Part shown: positions 28,715 through 39,168 of the stretch, one piece after another | Numbering within the stretch: the first letter of the stretch is position 1 | Layout: each line of letters opens with the position of its first letter | Origin: Patescibacteria group bacterium | GTDB taxonomy: Bacteria > Patescibacteriota > Minisyncoccia > Phycocordibacterales > PALSA-1337 | Assembly: GCA_040388415.1 (NCBI GenBank) | Contig: JAZKBV010000003.1 | Coordinates: forward strand, 47,571-111,570 | DNA length: 64,000 bases | Reading direction: 5' to 3' | Position numbers and translations under genes: made by a program | The notes under the pieces: model-generated | The model's database searches: none | What the model was told of the DNA's origin: nothing | The model's input: the letters and a program-made list of their open reading frames with translations, nothing else

Positions 28715-29473
28715 TCAATGTAAGACTTCGAAATTGAGGCGCGCTGCTGCGAGCTCCATTGAAGCATTGATACGCGCACGTTGCACGTCGCGTTTTTCAC
28801 GCATCCCTGCATCATCTTCGGCCAGCTGTTCGGGCGGATGAACATAATCAACCGTGACCGACTTCACTTCGAGGCCAGCATCGAGGAACCAGAGGACTGG
28901 GACAAACAAAATCTGCCATTTGTCACTGTCAGAATCCGGTTCGTCAGCGCCGTTGTAAATGGCCATCATGCGAGCAGCTTCAGCTGTCATCACACGTGGG
29001 CCAAAGTAGAGATCAAGGGCAGGCTGATTGGTGATGTTGGCCAGCTCCCAGTTTCCGCGGTATTCCGAGAATTGCTGATAGGGTGGATAACCGTCAAGAT
29101 TCTTCCGGCGCGGGATAACCACATCGGCTTCTTCGAAGACGATTTCATTGAGGCAGGGAACAAGCAACGGAATGAGCGTGTGTTTTTCCGGCTCAAGCCA
29201 AACGATGATGTCCGCGCCAGAATCGATACCTGCTCCGAGAGCTTGGCGGCGGGATGCACCCATACCAGACTCTTTCTGATCAATGACAATGACTCCTGTT
29301 TCCCGTAGCGCTTTCTTGAAGGAAAGACACGGACTGCCGTCAATGACGATAAGGTTGTAACCATGCTGCTTGCATGCGAGGCACGTCTTGATCGCTAGGC
29401 GAGCACGTGGCTCGTCGACTGACTGATATGAAGTTGTCGTCACGAGGACGACTTTTTTTAAATGTTCACTCAC
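28715..29473 (-). CDS. GT2-like (GT-A fold) protein in an orphan cassette; GTG start after AAGGA
   Basis: 'LIVIDGS', 'GMGASRRQA', 'IVWLEPEK', 'ADVVIPRR'; own promoter and terminator. Confidence 0.6.
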   Translation of the reverse strand: MSEHLKKVVLVTTTSYQSVDEPRARLAIKTCLACKQHGYNLIVIDGSPCLSFKKALRETGVIVIDQKESGMGASRRQALGAGIDSGADIIVWLEPEKHTLIPLLVPCLNEIVFEEADVVIPRRKNLDGYPPYQQFSEYRGNWELANITNQPALDLYFGPRVMTAEAARMMAIYNGADEPDSDSDKWQILFVPVLWFLDAGLEVKSVTVDYVHPPEQLAEDDAGMREKRDVQRARINASMELAAARLNFEVLH

Positions 29474-29541
29474 GGCATAGTCCTTTTTGTTGTGCGTTTG
29501 CTGTGTCAGTCCGATGTTGTATCGAACTAAATTCAAGCACC

Positions 29542-29570
29542 ATTATAACATTTTATGTACTTAATGTCAA
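29542..29570 (-). promoter_or_regulatory. Consensus sigma70 promoter
   Basis: TTGACA-17 nt-TATAAT with TG extension on the minus strand. Confidence 0.85.
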
Positions 29571-29629
29571 TTTGTAGATTTACGTTCGTATCTCTGATAT
29601 AGTACGAATCTAAACGCTTATATTTCCAC

Positions 29630-30670
29630 ATGAAAAAAGCACTCATCACAGGCATTACCGGACAAGATGGATCATATCTCGCAGAGTTTCTTCTGAACAA
29701 AGGTTATGAGGTGCATGGACTCATTCGCCGCGCATCTTCTTTTAATACTGGCCGCTTGAGTCATATTTTTCAGGATCCCCATGAGAAGAATAAAAAGCTC
29801 ATCCTTCATTATGGAGACTTGTCAGACTCAAGCAACATCTCGCGACTTCTCGAAAAGATTCGTCCTGATGAGATCTACAACCTCGGTGCACAGAGCCATG
29901 TCCGTGTCAGCTTTGATATACCAGAATATACCGGCGACATCGTTGGTCTCGGCACGCTCCGCCTCCTCGATGCGATCAAGGATACACAGATAAAGACAAA
30001 GTTCTACCAAGCTTCATCGAGCGAGATGTTCGGTAAAGCGGTTGAATTGCCTTTGACTGAAAAATCAGCATTTCATCCCCGCTCGCCCTATGGCTGTGCA
30101 AAAGTGTTCGCCTATTGGACGACCAAGAACTATCGTGAGAGCTACGGCATCTTTGCGGTCAACGGCATCCTTTTCAATCATGAGTCTCCTCGCAGAGGTG
30201 AGACGTTCGTAACGCGCAAGATCACTCGCGGACTATCTCGCATCAAGCTTGGTTTGGAAGACAAGCTCCACCTCGGTAATCTCGATGCAAAGCGCGATTG
30301 GGGTCATGCCCAAGACTATGTAGAGGGTATGTGGCTCATGCTACAAGCAAAAAAACCTGATGACTACGTGCTCGCTATGGGAGAGATGCATTCCGTTAGA
30401 GAGTTCGTTGAACTTGCTGCAAAATGCTTGGGTATCGACCTCATCTGGAAAGGCAAAGGTATCAAAGAAGTTGGTATAGATAAAAAGACAAAGAAAGTAA
30501 TCATTGAGATTGATCCGCACTATTTCAGACCAGCAGAAGTTGATGTGTTACTCGGTGATTCAAAGAGAGCGCGAAAAGAGCTTGGTTGGAAGCCGAAGAT
30601 TTCATTCAAACAGCTCATCGAGCTCATGGTGGATGCTGATATGGAAAAGGAATCAGGAAAGAAGAAATAA
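29630..30670 (+). CDS. gmd: GDP-mannose 4,6-dehydratase
   Basis: '[16 protein letters not shown]', 'AQSHVRVSF', '[15 protein letters not shown]'. Confidence 0.97.
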   Translation: MKKALITGITGQDGSYLAEFLLNKGYEVHGLIRRASSFNTGRLSHIFQDPHEKNKKLILHYGDLSDSSNISRLLEKIRPDEIYNLGAQSHVRVSFDIPEYTGDIVGLGTLRLLDAIKDTQIKTKFYQASSSEMFGKAVELPLTEKSAFHPRSPYGCAKVFAYWTTKNYRESYGIFAVNGILFNHESPRRGETFVTRKITRGLSRIKLGLEDKLHLGNLDAKRDWGHAQDYVEGMWLMLQAKKPDDYVLAMGEMHSVREFVELAAKCLGIDLIWKGKGIKEVGIDKKTKKVIIEIDPHYFRPAEVDVLLGDSKRARKELGWKPKISFKQLIELMVDADMEKESGKKK

Positions 30671-30673
30671 ACT

Positions 30674-31834
30674 ATGATTAAACTCGTCAAATCAACTTTC
30701 TATAAAGAAAAAGAAACCAAGGCATCTTTGGCAGAGTTCATACTCAAGACAGATATTTTGAGTATGGGTGATGAGTGTAAAAAATTCGAGGCGGCATTTG
30801 CTAAAAAACAAAAAAGAAAATACGCGCTACTCGTTTCGAGTGGTTCAATGGCCAACCAAGTCTTGATCCAGTCAGTGCTGAATAAAGGTTTGCTTAAAAA
30901 AGGCGATAAGGTCGCAGTGTCCGCACTCACCTGGGCGACCAATATCATGCCGCTACTCCAGCTTGGTCTTGAGCCAGCTATCCTCGACGTTGATATCGCC
31001 ACATTCAACGTCTCTTCAGTTGAGCTTGAAAAACACATAAAAGGCATCAAAGCATTTTTCATAACTAATGTGCTCGGCTTGTGCGGCGATATGACTCAGA
31101 TTAAAAAAGTATGTGACAAGCATGGTGTACTTTTGCTCGAAGATAATTGCGAGTCGCTCGGCTCAGAGATCGACGGCAAGCTTCTGGGTAACTTTGGACT
31201 TGCCTCGACGTTCTCATTTTTTGTCGGACATCATCTCTCAACAATCGAGGGTGGCATGGTCTGTACTGATGATGAGGATTTATACAATATGCTCGTTATG
31301 GTACGTGCGCATGGTTGGGACCGAAACCTTTCTCCTGAAATACAGCAGAAGCTCAGAAAAGAAGCTGGCTGTGACGATTTTTATGCCAAGTATACATTTT
31401 ATGATCTTGCCTATAATGCTCGTCCAACTGAGATCACTGGTTTTCTCGGTAACTCTCAGCTTCCATATCTCGATCTGATGATCGCCAAGCGTGTTTCAAA
31501 TTTTAAGCGTTTTGCTGAAGCGGTGAATGCAAATGATGATTTTATGAATATTGATTATTCACATGTCGATATAGTTTCAAATATGGCTATGCCTATCGTA
31601 TGCAAGACGCCAGAAAAAGCCGAGATCTATAAAAAGAAATTTGCTGGTGCTGTGGAGATACGACCGGTTATTGCGGGCAACATGCTCAATCAACCATTTT
31701 ATAAAAAATATGTGACGAGCAGTGCTACATATCCGAACACTGACTTTGTTCATCAGAACGGCTTTTATTTTGCCAACAATGCAGAATTAACAGATGAAGA
31801 AGTTGACCTTATCGTTTCACTGCTTCAAAAATAA
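30674..31834 (+). CDS. colD: GDP-4-keto-6-deoxy-D-mannose 3-dehydratase (ColD-type, DegT family)
   Basis: DegT fold; His at the Schiff-base position in 'FSFFVGHHLSTIEGG'; 'EDNCES', 'RAHGW.RNL'; 386 aa; located between gmd and fcl. Confidence 0.8.
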   Translation: MIKLVKSTFYKEKETKASLAEFILKTDILSMGDECKKFEAAFAKKQKRKYALLVSSGSMANQVLIQSVLNKGLLKKGDKVAVSALTWATNIMPLLQLGLEPAILDVDIATFNVSSVELEKHIKGIKAFFITNVLGLCGDMTQIKKVCDKHGVLLLEDNCESLGSEIDGKLLGNFGLASTFSFFVGHHLSTIEGGMVCTDDEDLYNMLVMVRAHGWDRNLSPEIQQKLRKEAGCDDFYAKYTFYDLAYNARPTEITGFLGNSQLPYLDLMIAKRVSNFKRFAEAVNANDDFMNIDYSHVDIVSNMAMPIVCKTPEKAEIYKKKFAGAVEIRPVIAGNMLNQPFYKKYVTSSATYPNTDFVHQNGFYFANNAELTDEEVDLIVSLLQK

Positions 31835-31835
31835 T

Positions 31836-32783
31836 ATGAATACAATTAAAAAAAATTCAAAGATATATATCGCTGGCCACACAGGCTTGGTCGGCAGTGC
31901 GATCGTCAGAAAACTGCAAGCTGAAGGCTATACCAGCATCGTTACACGCATACGCACAGAGCTGGATCTCTTGGATGCAAAAGCAGTCGGTCATTTCTTT
32001 TCTATAGAAAAACCTGAGTATGTTATCGATGCCGCAGCTCGAGTTGGAGGCATAAAAGCAAACATGACCTTTCCTGCAGAATTTCTCTATGAGAACCTCC
32101 AGATACAAAATAATCTCATTTGGTCAGCGCATCGGCATGAAGTCAAAAAATTCCTATTCCTTGGCAGCTCATGCATATATCCCCGCAGCGCTCCTCAACC
32201 GATGAAAGAAGAGTATTTTCTCGACGGGAAGCTCGAGCCGACCAACGAAGGATATGCTCTGGCAAAAATCTCAGGCATGAAGCTGTGTGAAAAGATCAAT
32301 ACTGAATATAAAAAAGATTTTATTTCTTGTATGCCGACGAACATCTATGGTCCTCATGATAATTTCAGCGAAGAATCATCTCACGTTATTCCAGCTCTTA
32401 TCCAACGTTTCCATAAAGCAAAGCTTGCTCACGATCCTGAAGTAGTGATTTGGGGTAGTGGCATCAGTCGCAGAGAATTCTTGTACGTTGACGATCTGGC
32501 TGAAGCGATTGTTTGGCTCATGGAGAACTACGATCAAAAAGAATTTTTGAATGTAGGCACCGGCGAGGATGTATCTATCAAAGAATTGGCTACGCTCATA
32601 AAAGAGATCGTGGGTTATGAAGGCAAGCTCGTATTTGATACGACAAAGCCCGACGGTATGCCAAAAAAGCTTCTCGACGTTTCAAAGCTCACGGCTCTCG
32701 GTTGGCAGTCAAAAACGAAGCTCGAAGATGGTCTCAAGCAAAGCTACGCATGGTTTTTGGAATACGGGCAAAAACAAAAATAA
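31836..32783 (+). CDS. fcl: GDP-L-fucose/GDP-L-colitose synthase (Fcl/ColC)
   Basis: 'IAGHTGLVGSA', 'AARVGGI', 'LGSSCIYP', 'EPTNEGYALAK', 'MPTNIYGP.DNF'. Confidence 0.93.
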   Translation: MNTIKKNSKIYIAGHTGLVGSAIVRKLQAEGYTSIVTRIRTELDLLDAKAVGHFFSIEKPEYVIDAAARVGGIKANMTFPAEFLYENLQIQNNLIWSAHRHEVKKFLFLGSSCIYPRSAPQPMKEEYFLDGKLEPTNEGYALAKISGMKLCEKINTEYKKDFISCMPTNIYGPHDNFSEESSHVIPALIQRFHKAKLAHDPEVVIWGSGISRREFLYVDDLAEAIVWLMENYDQKEFLNVGTGEDVSIKELATLIKEIVGYEGKLVFDTTKPDGMPKKLLDVSKLTALGWQSKTKLEDGLKQSYAWFLEYGQKQK

Positions 32784-32808
32784 TCCAAATCATGATAGTA
32801 TAGCCTCT

Positions 32809-33489
32809 ATGAATACATCTACTCCAGACAGCAGATTTGACCCTGTGGCATCGTCAAAGACATTCAATAGGATCTTGGATGGTCTCTCTCTTCGTGACAC
32901 AAAAACCCTTGATCTTGGTTGTGGCTACGGTGAGTATCTTGTAAAGTTTGGCGCTGGGAGTGTTGGCGTGACGACGACATTGGCTGAAGTTGAATATGGC
33001 AAAACGCATAACCTCAATATAGTAAAAGGGAATGTGGAGCTCATCGACACACTTGGCCTCGATAGATCTTTTGGGGCGATCTGGGCGAATAATCTTTTTG
33101 AACATTTGCTCGCGCCACATGCTTTTTTGATAAAGCTTAAAACAATCACTAAACCCGAGGGACTACTCATTCTTGGTGTTCCGGTGATCCCTGTCATACC
33201 TGCCATGATGAAGATAGGTAAATTCCGGGGCGCACTAGCTGTTGCTCATGTGAATTTCTTTACACGAGAAAGCTTGAAGCTGAGCGTCGAGCGTGCTGGC
33301 TGGAAAGTGTCAGCCGTTCGCCCCTTTATCTTTTCAAATAAGATTTTGGATACTGTTGCAAGCTATTTTGCGCCACATCTTTATGTCGTTGCGCGCAATA
33401 ATGCAGACTTTAAATATGATGTAAAGAAATTGAAAGAGTGGAAAGACGACGCTCACTATAAGAGCATTCTCGATATCACTGGGCAATGA
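32809..33489 (+). CDS. Class I SAM-dependent methyltransferase
   Basis: 'LDLGCGYG', 'NLFEHL', 'KPEGLLILGVP'. Confidence 0.85.
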   Translation: MNTSTPDSRFDPVASSKTFNRILDGLSLRDTKTLDLGCGYGEYLVKFGAGSVGVTTTLAEVEYGKTHNLNIVKGNVELIDTLGLDRSFGAIWANNLFEHLLAPHAFLIKLKTITKPEGLLILGVPVIPVIPAMMKIGKFRGALAVAHVNFFTRESLKLSVERAGWKVSAVRPFIFSNKILDTVASYFAPHLYVVARNNADFKYDVKKLKEWKDDAHYKSILDITGQ

Positions 33490-34610
33490 AAATCCTCTAT
33501 CTACAGAATATAAGGCTGCCCACGGAAAAGGCTCATGGTCTGCAGGTCATGGAAACTTGTCACTCATTGGCTCTCGCTGGCCATGAGGTCAACTTGGTCA
33601 TAGGTTCATATTTGTCGCTCGAGGAAAATGGCATTTTTGGCGTCTACGATATAGAAAAGAATTTTTCAATTAAAAAAGTCCCCGTAAGCTTCGGTCGGCA
33701 AGATCCCGAGCATACCAGTTTTTTGATGAAATCGATCATATTTGTCTATAATGCCTGGAGATCATATGGAAAAAGTTCGTTTGATATCGTCTATACGCGC
33801 GACACGCTGACCGCATTAGTATTTTCTATGCTCGGTAAAAAAGTGTTCTATGAGATTCATGATGTGCGCCATAGTCTGCTCCAGAAATTAGCCTTACAGA
33901 AAGCGGTGGGAGTGATCAGTATCACTCGCGGCTTAGTAGATTATTGTGAAAGCATCGGTGTAAAGAAAGAAAAGATCTGCATCGCGCCTGACGCAGTGGA
34001 CTTGGCCGAGTTCCAAATACGCGCTACGCAGCGTGAATGCAGGGAAAAGCTCGGTTTACCTCAAGATAAAAAGATCGTTTTGTATACAGGTCATCTCTAT
34101 TCATGGAAAGGGGCCGATACTTTTGCCGAGTCAGCGCAGTTTCTGGATGAAAATACAATGGTCTCTTTTGTTGGTGGGCATGATTATGATATCGAAGTGT
34201 TCAAGAAACGTTTTGCTAATGCGCATATCTCTGTGCTTGGGCGTAAATCCCATGACCTCATGCCATACTACATGAAAGCAGCTGATGTTCTCGTGCTCCC
34301 AAATAGCGCCAAAGAAGACATATCGCGCCTTTATACATCGCCGATAAAACTATTTGAGTACATGGCAAGCAGTCAGCCGATCGTCGCGTCAGATTTGCCG
34401 TCACTACGCGAGGTGCTTACTGAGAAAAATTGTACTTTTTTTGAAGCAGACAATGCAGAGTCGCTCGCAGGCACTATAAAGAAAGTCTTGGTTGATGCGC
34501 AGTCAGCGGGTATACTTGCCGAGCAAGCTTTGATCGATGTGCAAGAGTATACGTGGCAAAAGCGCGCGCAAAAGATCATCGATTTCATCAAGACTACCAA
34601 ACATGATTAA
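33486..34610 (+). CDS. Glycosyltransferase family 4
   Basis: 'EKAHGLQ', 'YTG..Y.WKG', 'SPIKLFEYMAS..PIVASDLP'. Confidence 0.92.
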   Translation: MKILYLQNIRLPTEKAHGLQVMETCHSLALAGHEVNLVIGSYLSLEENGIFGVYDIEKNFSIKKVPVSFGRQDPEHTSFLMKSIIFVYNAWRSYGKSSFDIVYTRDTLTALVFSMLGKKVFYEIHDVRHSLLQKLALQKAVGVISITRGLVDYCESIGVKKEKICIAPDAVDLAEFQIRATQRECREKLGLPQDKKIVLYTGHLYSWKGADTFAESAQFLDENTMVSFVGGHDYDIEVFKKRFANAHISVLGRKSHDLMPYYMKAADVLVLPNSAKEDISRLYTSPIKLFEYMASSQPIVASDLPSLREVLTEKNCTFFEADNAESLAGTIKKVLVDAQSAGILAEQALIDVQEYTWQKRAQKIIDFIKTTKHD

Positions 34611-35316
34611 AGATCCAGCATTTTATAATAAAGAAAGCGCGCAGTATTCTGCGAAGCGTTATCCAGTCGTAGCAACGAACTACATTCAGTTTTTCTTTAA
34701 AAAAAGGCTCAGTCTGACCCTCTCACATTTGAGAAGTTTATTCGGCAAGAGCAATGGTCTCAATCTACTCGAGGTCGGGTGCGCTGATGGGGTAGTATTG
34801 CGCGATATACAGAAAAAACTGCCTGCAGTATTTTCAGGCATGACTGGGATCGATACAGCAAAAGATATGATCGTTGCTGCTGCCTCGCTCGATAGTACCC
34901 ATAAGATGAAGTTTTATGTCCGTGGTGAAGAGCCTGTGCAGACGTACGATACGATCGTTGAGATCGGGGTTGCTAACTATGCTGATTTTGACACGGAGCT
35001 TGTCTATGCGAGTGAACATCTCAAAGTGGGAGGCGCATACATACTTTCTATTGCTGGGAACGATTCGCTCAATGCGCGTCTCGGTGGTGGGGTAGGGTAT
35101 AATAATTTCTTATCTTATGCTGAATATCAAAAGAAGATACGTGCGGTATTTGATATAAAAAAGATAATCCCGGTTGGATTTCATGTTCCATTCATCTGGA
35201 GAGTTCCTTTTATTGCACGTTGCATTCAGCCGATTGTTGAGCTGATTTTTCTCCATACGTTACCTCGCCTCGCTCATGAAAAAATCTTCTTTTTAAAGAA
35301 AAAGAATGTGTTATAA
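34603..35316 (+). CDS. Class I SAM-dependent methyltransferase
   Basis: 'LLEVGCADG', 'GID', 'LKVGG'. Confidence 0.8.
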   Translation: MIKDPAFYNKESAQYSAKRYPVVATNYIQFFFKKRLSLTLSHLRSLFGKSNGLNLLEVGCADGVVLRDIQKKLPAVFSGMTGIDTAKDMIVAAASLDSTHKMKFYVRGEEPVQTYDTIVEIGVANYADFDTELVYASEHLKVGGAYILSIAGNDSLNARLGGGVGYNNFLSYAEYQKKIRAVFDIKKIIPVGFHVPFIWRVPFIARCIQPIVELIFLHTLPRLAHEKIFFLKKKNVL

Positions 35317-35325
35317 TTTGAAACC

Positions 35326-36207
35326 ATGATGTTTTATACTAAGGCAAATAACAGCAAAAGCTTCGTGTACCACCGTATGGCAATGATCGCTGGATGGAGA
35401 AGTGGAGCGCTTACATTCCAAGATGCAATCTTACTCGCGTTACCAGCTCGTATTTTGCCACGCAGAAATGAGCTCACCTCACGTTATGAATCTTTTCTGA
35501 ATGAGCAATCTGAAAAAGAAATAAGAACATTTATGGATAAAGACTACCCGAATGTTTTTGAAAATATACTGGGAAATTCTAAGTTATCACTTATTTTTCA
35601 AATTTTTGTCAAAGATGAGTATAAAGCAAAAAGCTTTCTGAAACCTGACTCAGTAGTCATAGATGCAGGAGGAAATATCGGCATTTTTGCGATCTTCTCA
35701 TCCTTGCATTGTCCGCAAGGAAAAATATTCTCATTTGAACCAGTGACAAAAACATATGGTATTATGCTTGAAAATATAAAGAAGTATCCCAACATAAGAG
35801 CTATGAATATCGGACTTGGAGAGAAAGGGGGCGATCAAACGATTCTCACATCTTCTTGGAATGCTGGTATAAGCGCAGTCAGTGATAGTAGTCTAGCTCT
35901 CAAAAATAGCCGGTTTTTTGATGGATCAGAAAAAATTCAGATTATAACTATTGATGACATGGTGGAACATGAGCATATATCACATGTTGATGTGATCAAG
36001 ATCGACACTGAGGGCTATGAAGCAAGCATATTAAAGGGTGCTCAAAAAACTATTTTTAGAGACAAACCAATAATAACCATGTCTGCTTACCACAATAAAG
36101 ACGATAAGACAGATCTGCCTAAAATCCTTAAAGCGATTTGCCCAGAATATAAATGCGAACAATACAATCGGTATGAAGAGGACATGGTCTGTTCGGTTAC
36201 ATCATAA
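35326..36207 (+). CDS. FkbM family methyltransferase
   Basis: 'VIDAGGNIG', 'FSFEP', 'IKIDTEGYE..ILKG', 'SAYH'. Confidence 0.9.
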   Translation: MMFYTKANNSKSFVYHRMAMIAGWRSGALTFQDAILLALPARILPRRNELTSRYESFLNEQSEKEIRTFMDKDYPNVFENILGNSKLSLIFQIFVKDEYKAKSFLKPDSVVIDAGGNIGIFAIFSSLHCPQGKIFSFEPVTKTYGIMLENIKKYPNIRAMNIGLGEKGGDQTILTSSWNAGISAVSDSSLALKNSRFFDGSEKIQIITIDDMVEHEHISHVDVIKIDTEGYEASILKGAQKTIFRDKPIITMSAYHNKDDKTDLPKILKAICPEYKCEQYNRYEEDMVCSVTS

Positions 36208-37111
36208 GCCATTCTTCGGGAATAAGATCATGTGCGATAGTCTTTGGGTCGCCAAAGCGTTGTTTTGGCGCTACGACGATCTTTTGTGGGTTAGTGTTAA
36301 GCCAAGCACCCCACCAGCTATATGAGCTCTTGGCGATGATGTTATGTGAGCATGAACTCATGATGATGAGCTCTTCATAGTCCGGAATCTTATATTTGGA
36401 TATATAGACAGCGTCAGCGCCAAAATCCATATTGTTTTTGACCCACTCTATCTCATCAGAAAATACAAAGATGCGGAGCGGAGCACCGTTAGTTTTTTCT
36501 TTTATATACTGAAGCGCTTTCGAATAATATTCGCGCGTGAGCTCACCATGTTTTTTGAGCAGCGCGGGATCATTCGCTTGGTCGCCGCGGCGAATATGGA
36601 TCGATACTGAAAGAGCGGATTCGATCATTTTCTCTAGTTCAGCAGCTTTGTCTGAAAGCGGTTTTTTGAGCTGTAAATCATTTCGGATGACAGCTTCAAA
36701 TCCTTTGAAATATTTTTCACTTTGCCAGACGCCAGATAGATAGCTGTCATGATCAATGCTCATGACTTCAGGTATAAAGTCGAAACCAGGCTCGAGAATG
36801 ACCTTTCTTTTATGGAGTGGTTTAATCGATTCGATGAATCTAAATCCTTTGCGAATGATCTTTGAGAGTGTGTCTTGCTTGATAGGATCTGGAATGCCTG
36901 TTTTAATGAAGTCGCTATCAGTGGCGATAAGCTGTTCTATATTTGTAATATTGAAGTGGGGAAGCTTGAATGAACGATCTGGTTCGATATTAAGGCCGTA
37001 GAAGTGCGTATCTAGTCTGAGTTCAGTGCTATTTTTGAGCGACAAGGCCCGCCCAAGGGCGTACTGGAAGAGTTGATTGCCTATGCCTCCTGATATGCGG
37101 GTGATGATCAT
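36197..37111 (-). CDS. GT11 alpha-1,2-fucosyl/colitosyl-transferase
   Basis: 'GGIGNQLFQY', 'WQSEKYF', 'SIHIRRGD', 'FSD', 'SSYSWWGAWL'. Confidence 0.92.
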   Translation of the reverse strand: MIITRISGGIGNQLFQYALGRALSLKNSTELRLDTHFYGLNIEPDRSFKLPHFNITNIEQLIATDSDFIKTGIPDPIKQDTLSKIIRKGFRFIESIKPLHKRKVILEPGFDFIPEVMSIDHDSYLSGVWQSEKYFKGFEAVIRNDLQLKKPLSDKAAELEKMIESALSVSIHIRRGDQANDPALLKKHGELTREYYSKALQYIKEKTNGAPLRIFVFSDEIEWVKNNMDFGADAVYISKYKIPDYEELIIMSSCSHNIIAKSSYSWWGAWLNTNPQKIVVAPKQRFGDPKTIAHDLIPEEWLMM

Positions 37112-37122
37112 AGTGATGATTG

Positions 37123-39168
37123 TTATTTAAAAAATGCTTTGTATTTTTCTTTGTTCTCAAGAAGATATTGTGGCAGATCTGATTCATCTACCCATAGTTT
37201 TACATTTTTGCCACGGTGGTCGATATTTTTTGTGATTGCATCTTCAAGCTCGGCTATGTATTTTTTGTTTCCATAAAATGGATGGTCTGCTTCAGTAATC
37301 TTTCTTCGGGCACCGTCTATGCCCCCTTGAAAGTTGAAGTGCCAACCGCCGTTTCGAAGAACAGTGAATGCTGTTTTACCCTTTAAGCTGCGGATATCAT
37401 TGAGAGACCGAGCCTTTATGTTCTTGTATTTTGTCACAACCGTCCCGCTCCAACCCATCCAATCTTCATCTGATCGATTATTGAGATAATACATATAAGG
37501 CAATTGACGAGGCTTGAAGTAGCTATCCTGAGAATAATCAATAACAAGCTTCGGGTTCCATATTTCATCAAGGTCAGATAGGTAACATACATCAGCATCA
37601 TTCAACCCGACAAGCGCTTTCCTAATAGATTCTTTCATGTAGCATTCTTTGACCCAATATGGCTTTGAATGGTCAATTGTATCGTTTGAAATGCAATATT
37701 CAAGTGTTTCTCTGTCGATAGTTTGAGCTTCGCTGAGCTGAGACAATCTTTTTTTCATGTCAGTATCGTCTTGAGGTATATCGTCGATGACATGGTGGAT
37801 TATTTTGTGCGCCCATTTTTTGTAGCGGTTTTTGTTCTCTTCAAAATGCAGCTTTTTCTTATTTCCTGAAAATGTTTCTGCATACTCGACTATAACAAAA
37901 TAGTCGACATATGGGTCAAGGATATTCAGGCGTATCTCCAAGAGGTCGAGCTCATTGAAAAAGGGGAAGACATCGTATATCTTTATTTTTTTTCTGTATT
38001 CGGCGATTTGATTCTTTGCTAGCCATACCATTTTTCTAAGTCTAATTTCGTTTATTGCTTCGATTACCTGATTTGGATATTTGAGTATTTTCTTGACTAT
38101 ACGTTTGCTATTTTTTCTTGTTATAAAAGAAAACTTTTTGGCATTGCGAATAGTTCTTGTAATATTATCTTTTATCCAGATAGCGCTTCGAAGCCCTCGT
38201 GCACGGAAGAGCCAGATGAGCGCATATATCACCGTAACGTCATTTCTAATCGCTTTAAATATCTGCCAATTATTTTTTATCCGGTTCACAATAGTTTTTT
38301 TGAATTTGCCTGAATGAGCAGTATAAAGCGCTTCATTTCTTTTCATATAATCAGCAAGCTCAGAGGCGCACGAGTCATACCCACTTAGATCTCCTTTTCT
38401 ATCTAAATACATCCAGCTTTGCGTAAGGTTATATCCCAAGCTCCAATATCCATCTGAGATGTTGTGCCGCGCCCAATATTTAGGAGCTATGCAGAATTTG
38501 AGGTCTTCCGAAAGCCATGCAGGGAACCAGGCGAAGCTCGAATTTGAGAGTATGAGGTATTTTGCATTTTTGATCACCGCGTAATCTTTGCCGATATTCC
38601 AATGGTTGACCTCAAAATCAGGGAAGAATTTTTTTGCTGTCTTTACGTCATCGGTAACGACGACGAATCTGAAATTAGGGTTGATATTTCGCATATGGGC
38701 GATCGCATTATCCCAGTATCGTTGTGGCAAGAAAAAATCTACGTCGAACGCATATCCGCCGCCCCGAAAATTGATGATGCATATGCTCTCGTCTGAGTAA
38801 TCCCTGCAATCGAATTCAGGCCTGATTCGCAGCCACTCGCGAATCTCGTTTTTTCGATGGGCGATGTATTGTTCGTCCTGCATGTAGCCATCGATTTGCG
38901 TGCCGTTAGGCACGTTCACTAGATCGGCGTCATACGTGCGTATATCCGATCCGTTGAGAGAGTGAATGATCTCCTTTTCCTGATAATAGTTCGTCACGCT
39001 TTTAATTTCTTCACCCAAGTTGATCGGCATGAAATCATGACCTTTGAATAACTCTGGCGAAACTAAGCCGAAATCGCATCCGCGATCTTTTGCGATGACG
39101 CGGGCAGTCACATAGCACCAAAGCTGGTTGCCAAGTCCTTGTCCGTTGTAGAATTTAGTCGATATCAT
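37123..39168 (-). CDS. Fusion of a GT11-like domain and a GT17-like (GlcNAc transferase III-like) domain
   Basis: N-term 'GQGLGNQLW', 'INFRGG', 'NSSFAW'; C-term 'YDVFPFFNELDLLEIRL..L..YVDYFVIVE', 'SDLDEI', 'GGWHF'. Confidence 0.8.
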   Translation of the reverse strand: MISTKFYNGQGLGNQLWCYVTARVIAKDRGCDFGLVSPELFKGHDFMPINLGEEIKSVTNYYQEKEIIHSLNGSDIRTYDADLVNVPNGTQIDGYMQDEQYIAHRKNEIREWLRIRPEFDCRDYSDESICIINFRGGGYAFDVDFFLPQRYWDNAIAHMRNINPNFRFVVVTDDVKTAKKFFPDFEVNHWNIGKDYAVIKNAKYLILSNSSFAWFPAWLSEDLKFCIAPKYWARHNISDGYWSLGYNLTQSWMYLDRKGDLSGYDSCASELADYMKRNEALYTAHSGKFKKTIVNRIKNNWQIFKAIRNDVTVIYALIWLFRARGLRSAIWIKDNITRTIRNAKKFSFITRKNSKRIVKKILKYPNQVIEAINEIRLRKMVWLAKNQIAEYRKKIKIYDVFPFFNELDLLEIRLNILDPYVDYFVIVEYAETFSGNKKKLHFEENKNRYKKWAHKIIHHVIDDIPQDDTDMKKRLSQLSEAQTIDRETLEYCISNDTIDHSKPYWVKECYMKESIRKALVGLNDADVCYLSDLDEIWNPKLVIDYSQDSYFKPRQLPYMYYLNNRSDEDWMGWSGTVVTKYKNIKARSLNDIRSLKGKTAFTVLRNGGWHFNFQGGIDGARRKITEADHPFYGNKKYIAELEDAITKNIDHRGKNVKLWVDESDLPQYLLENKEKYKAFFK

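Noticed and set aside
30674-31834. Perosamine synthase-type aminotransferase
   Set aside because: The Schiff-base Lys position holds His (GHH), which matches ColD-type dehydratases.
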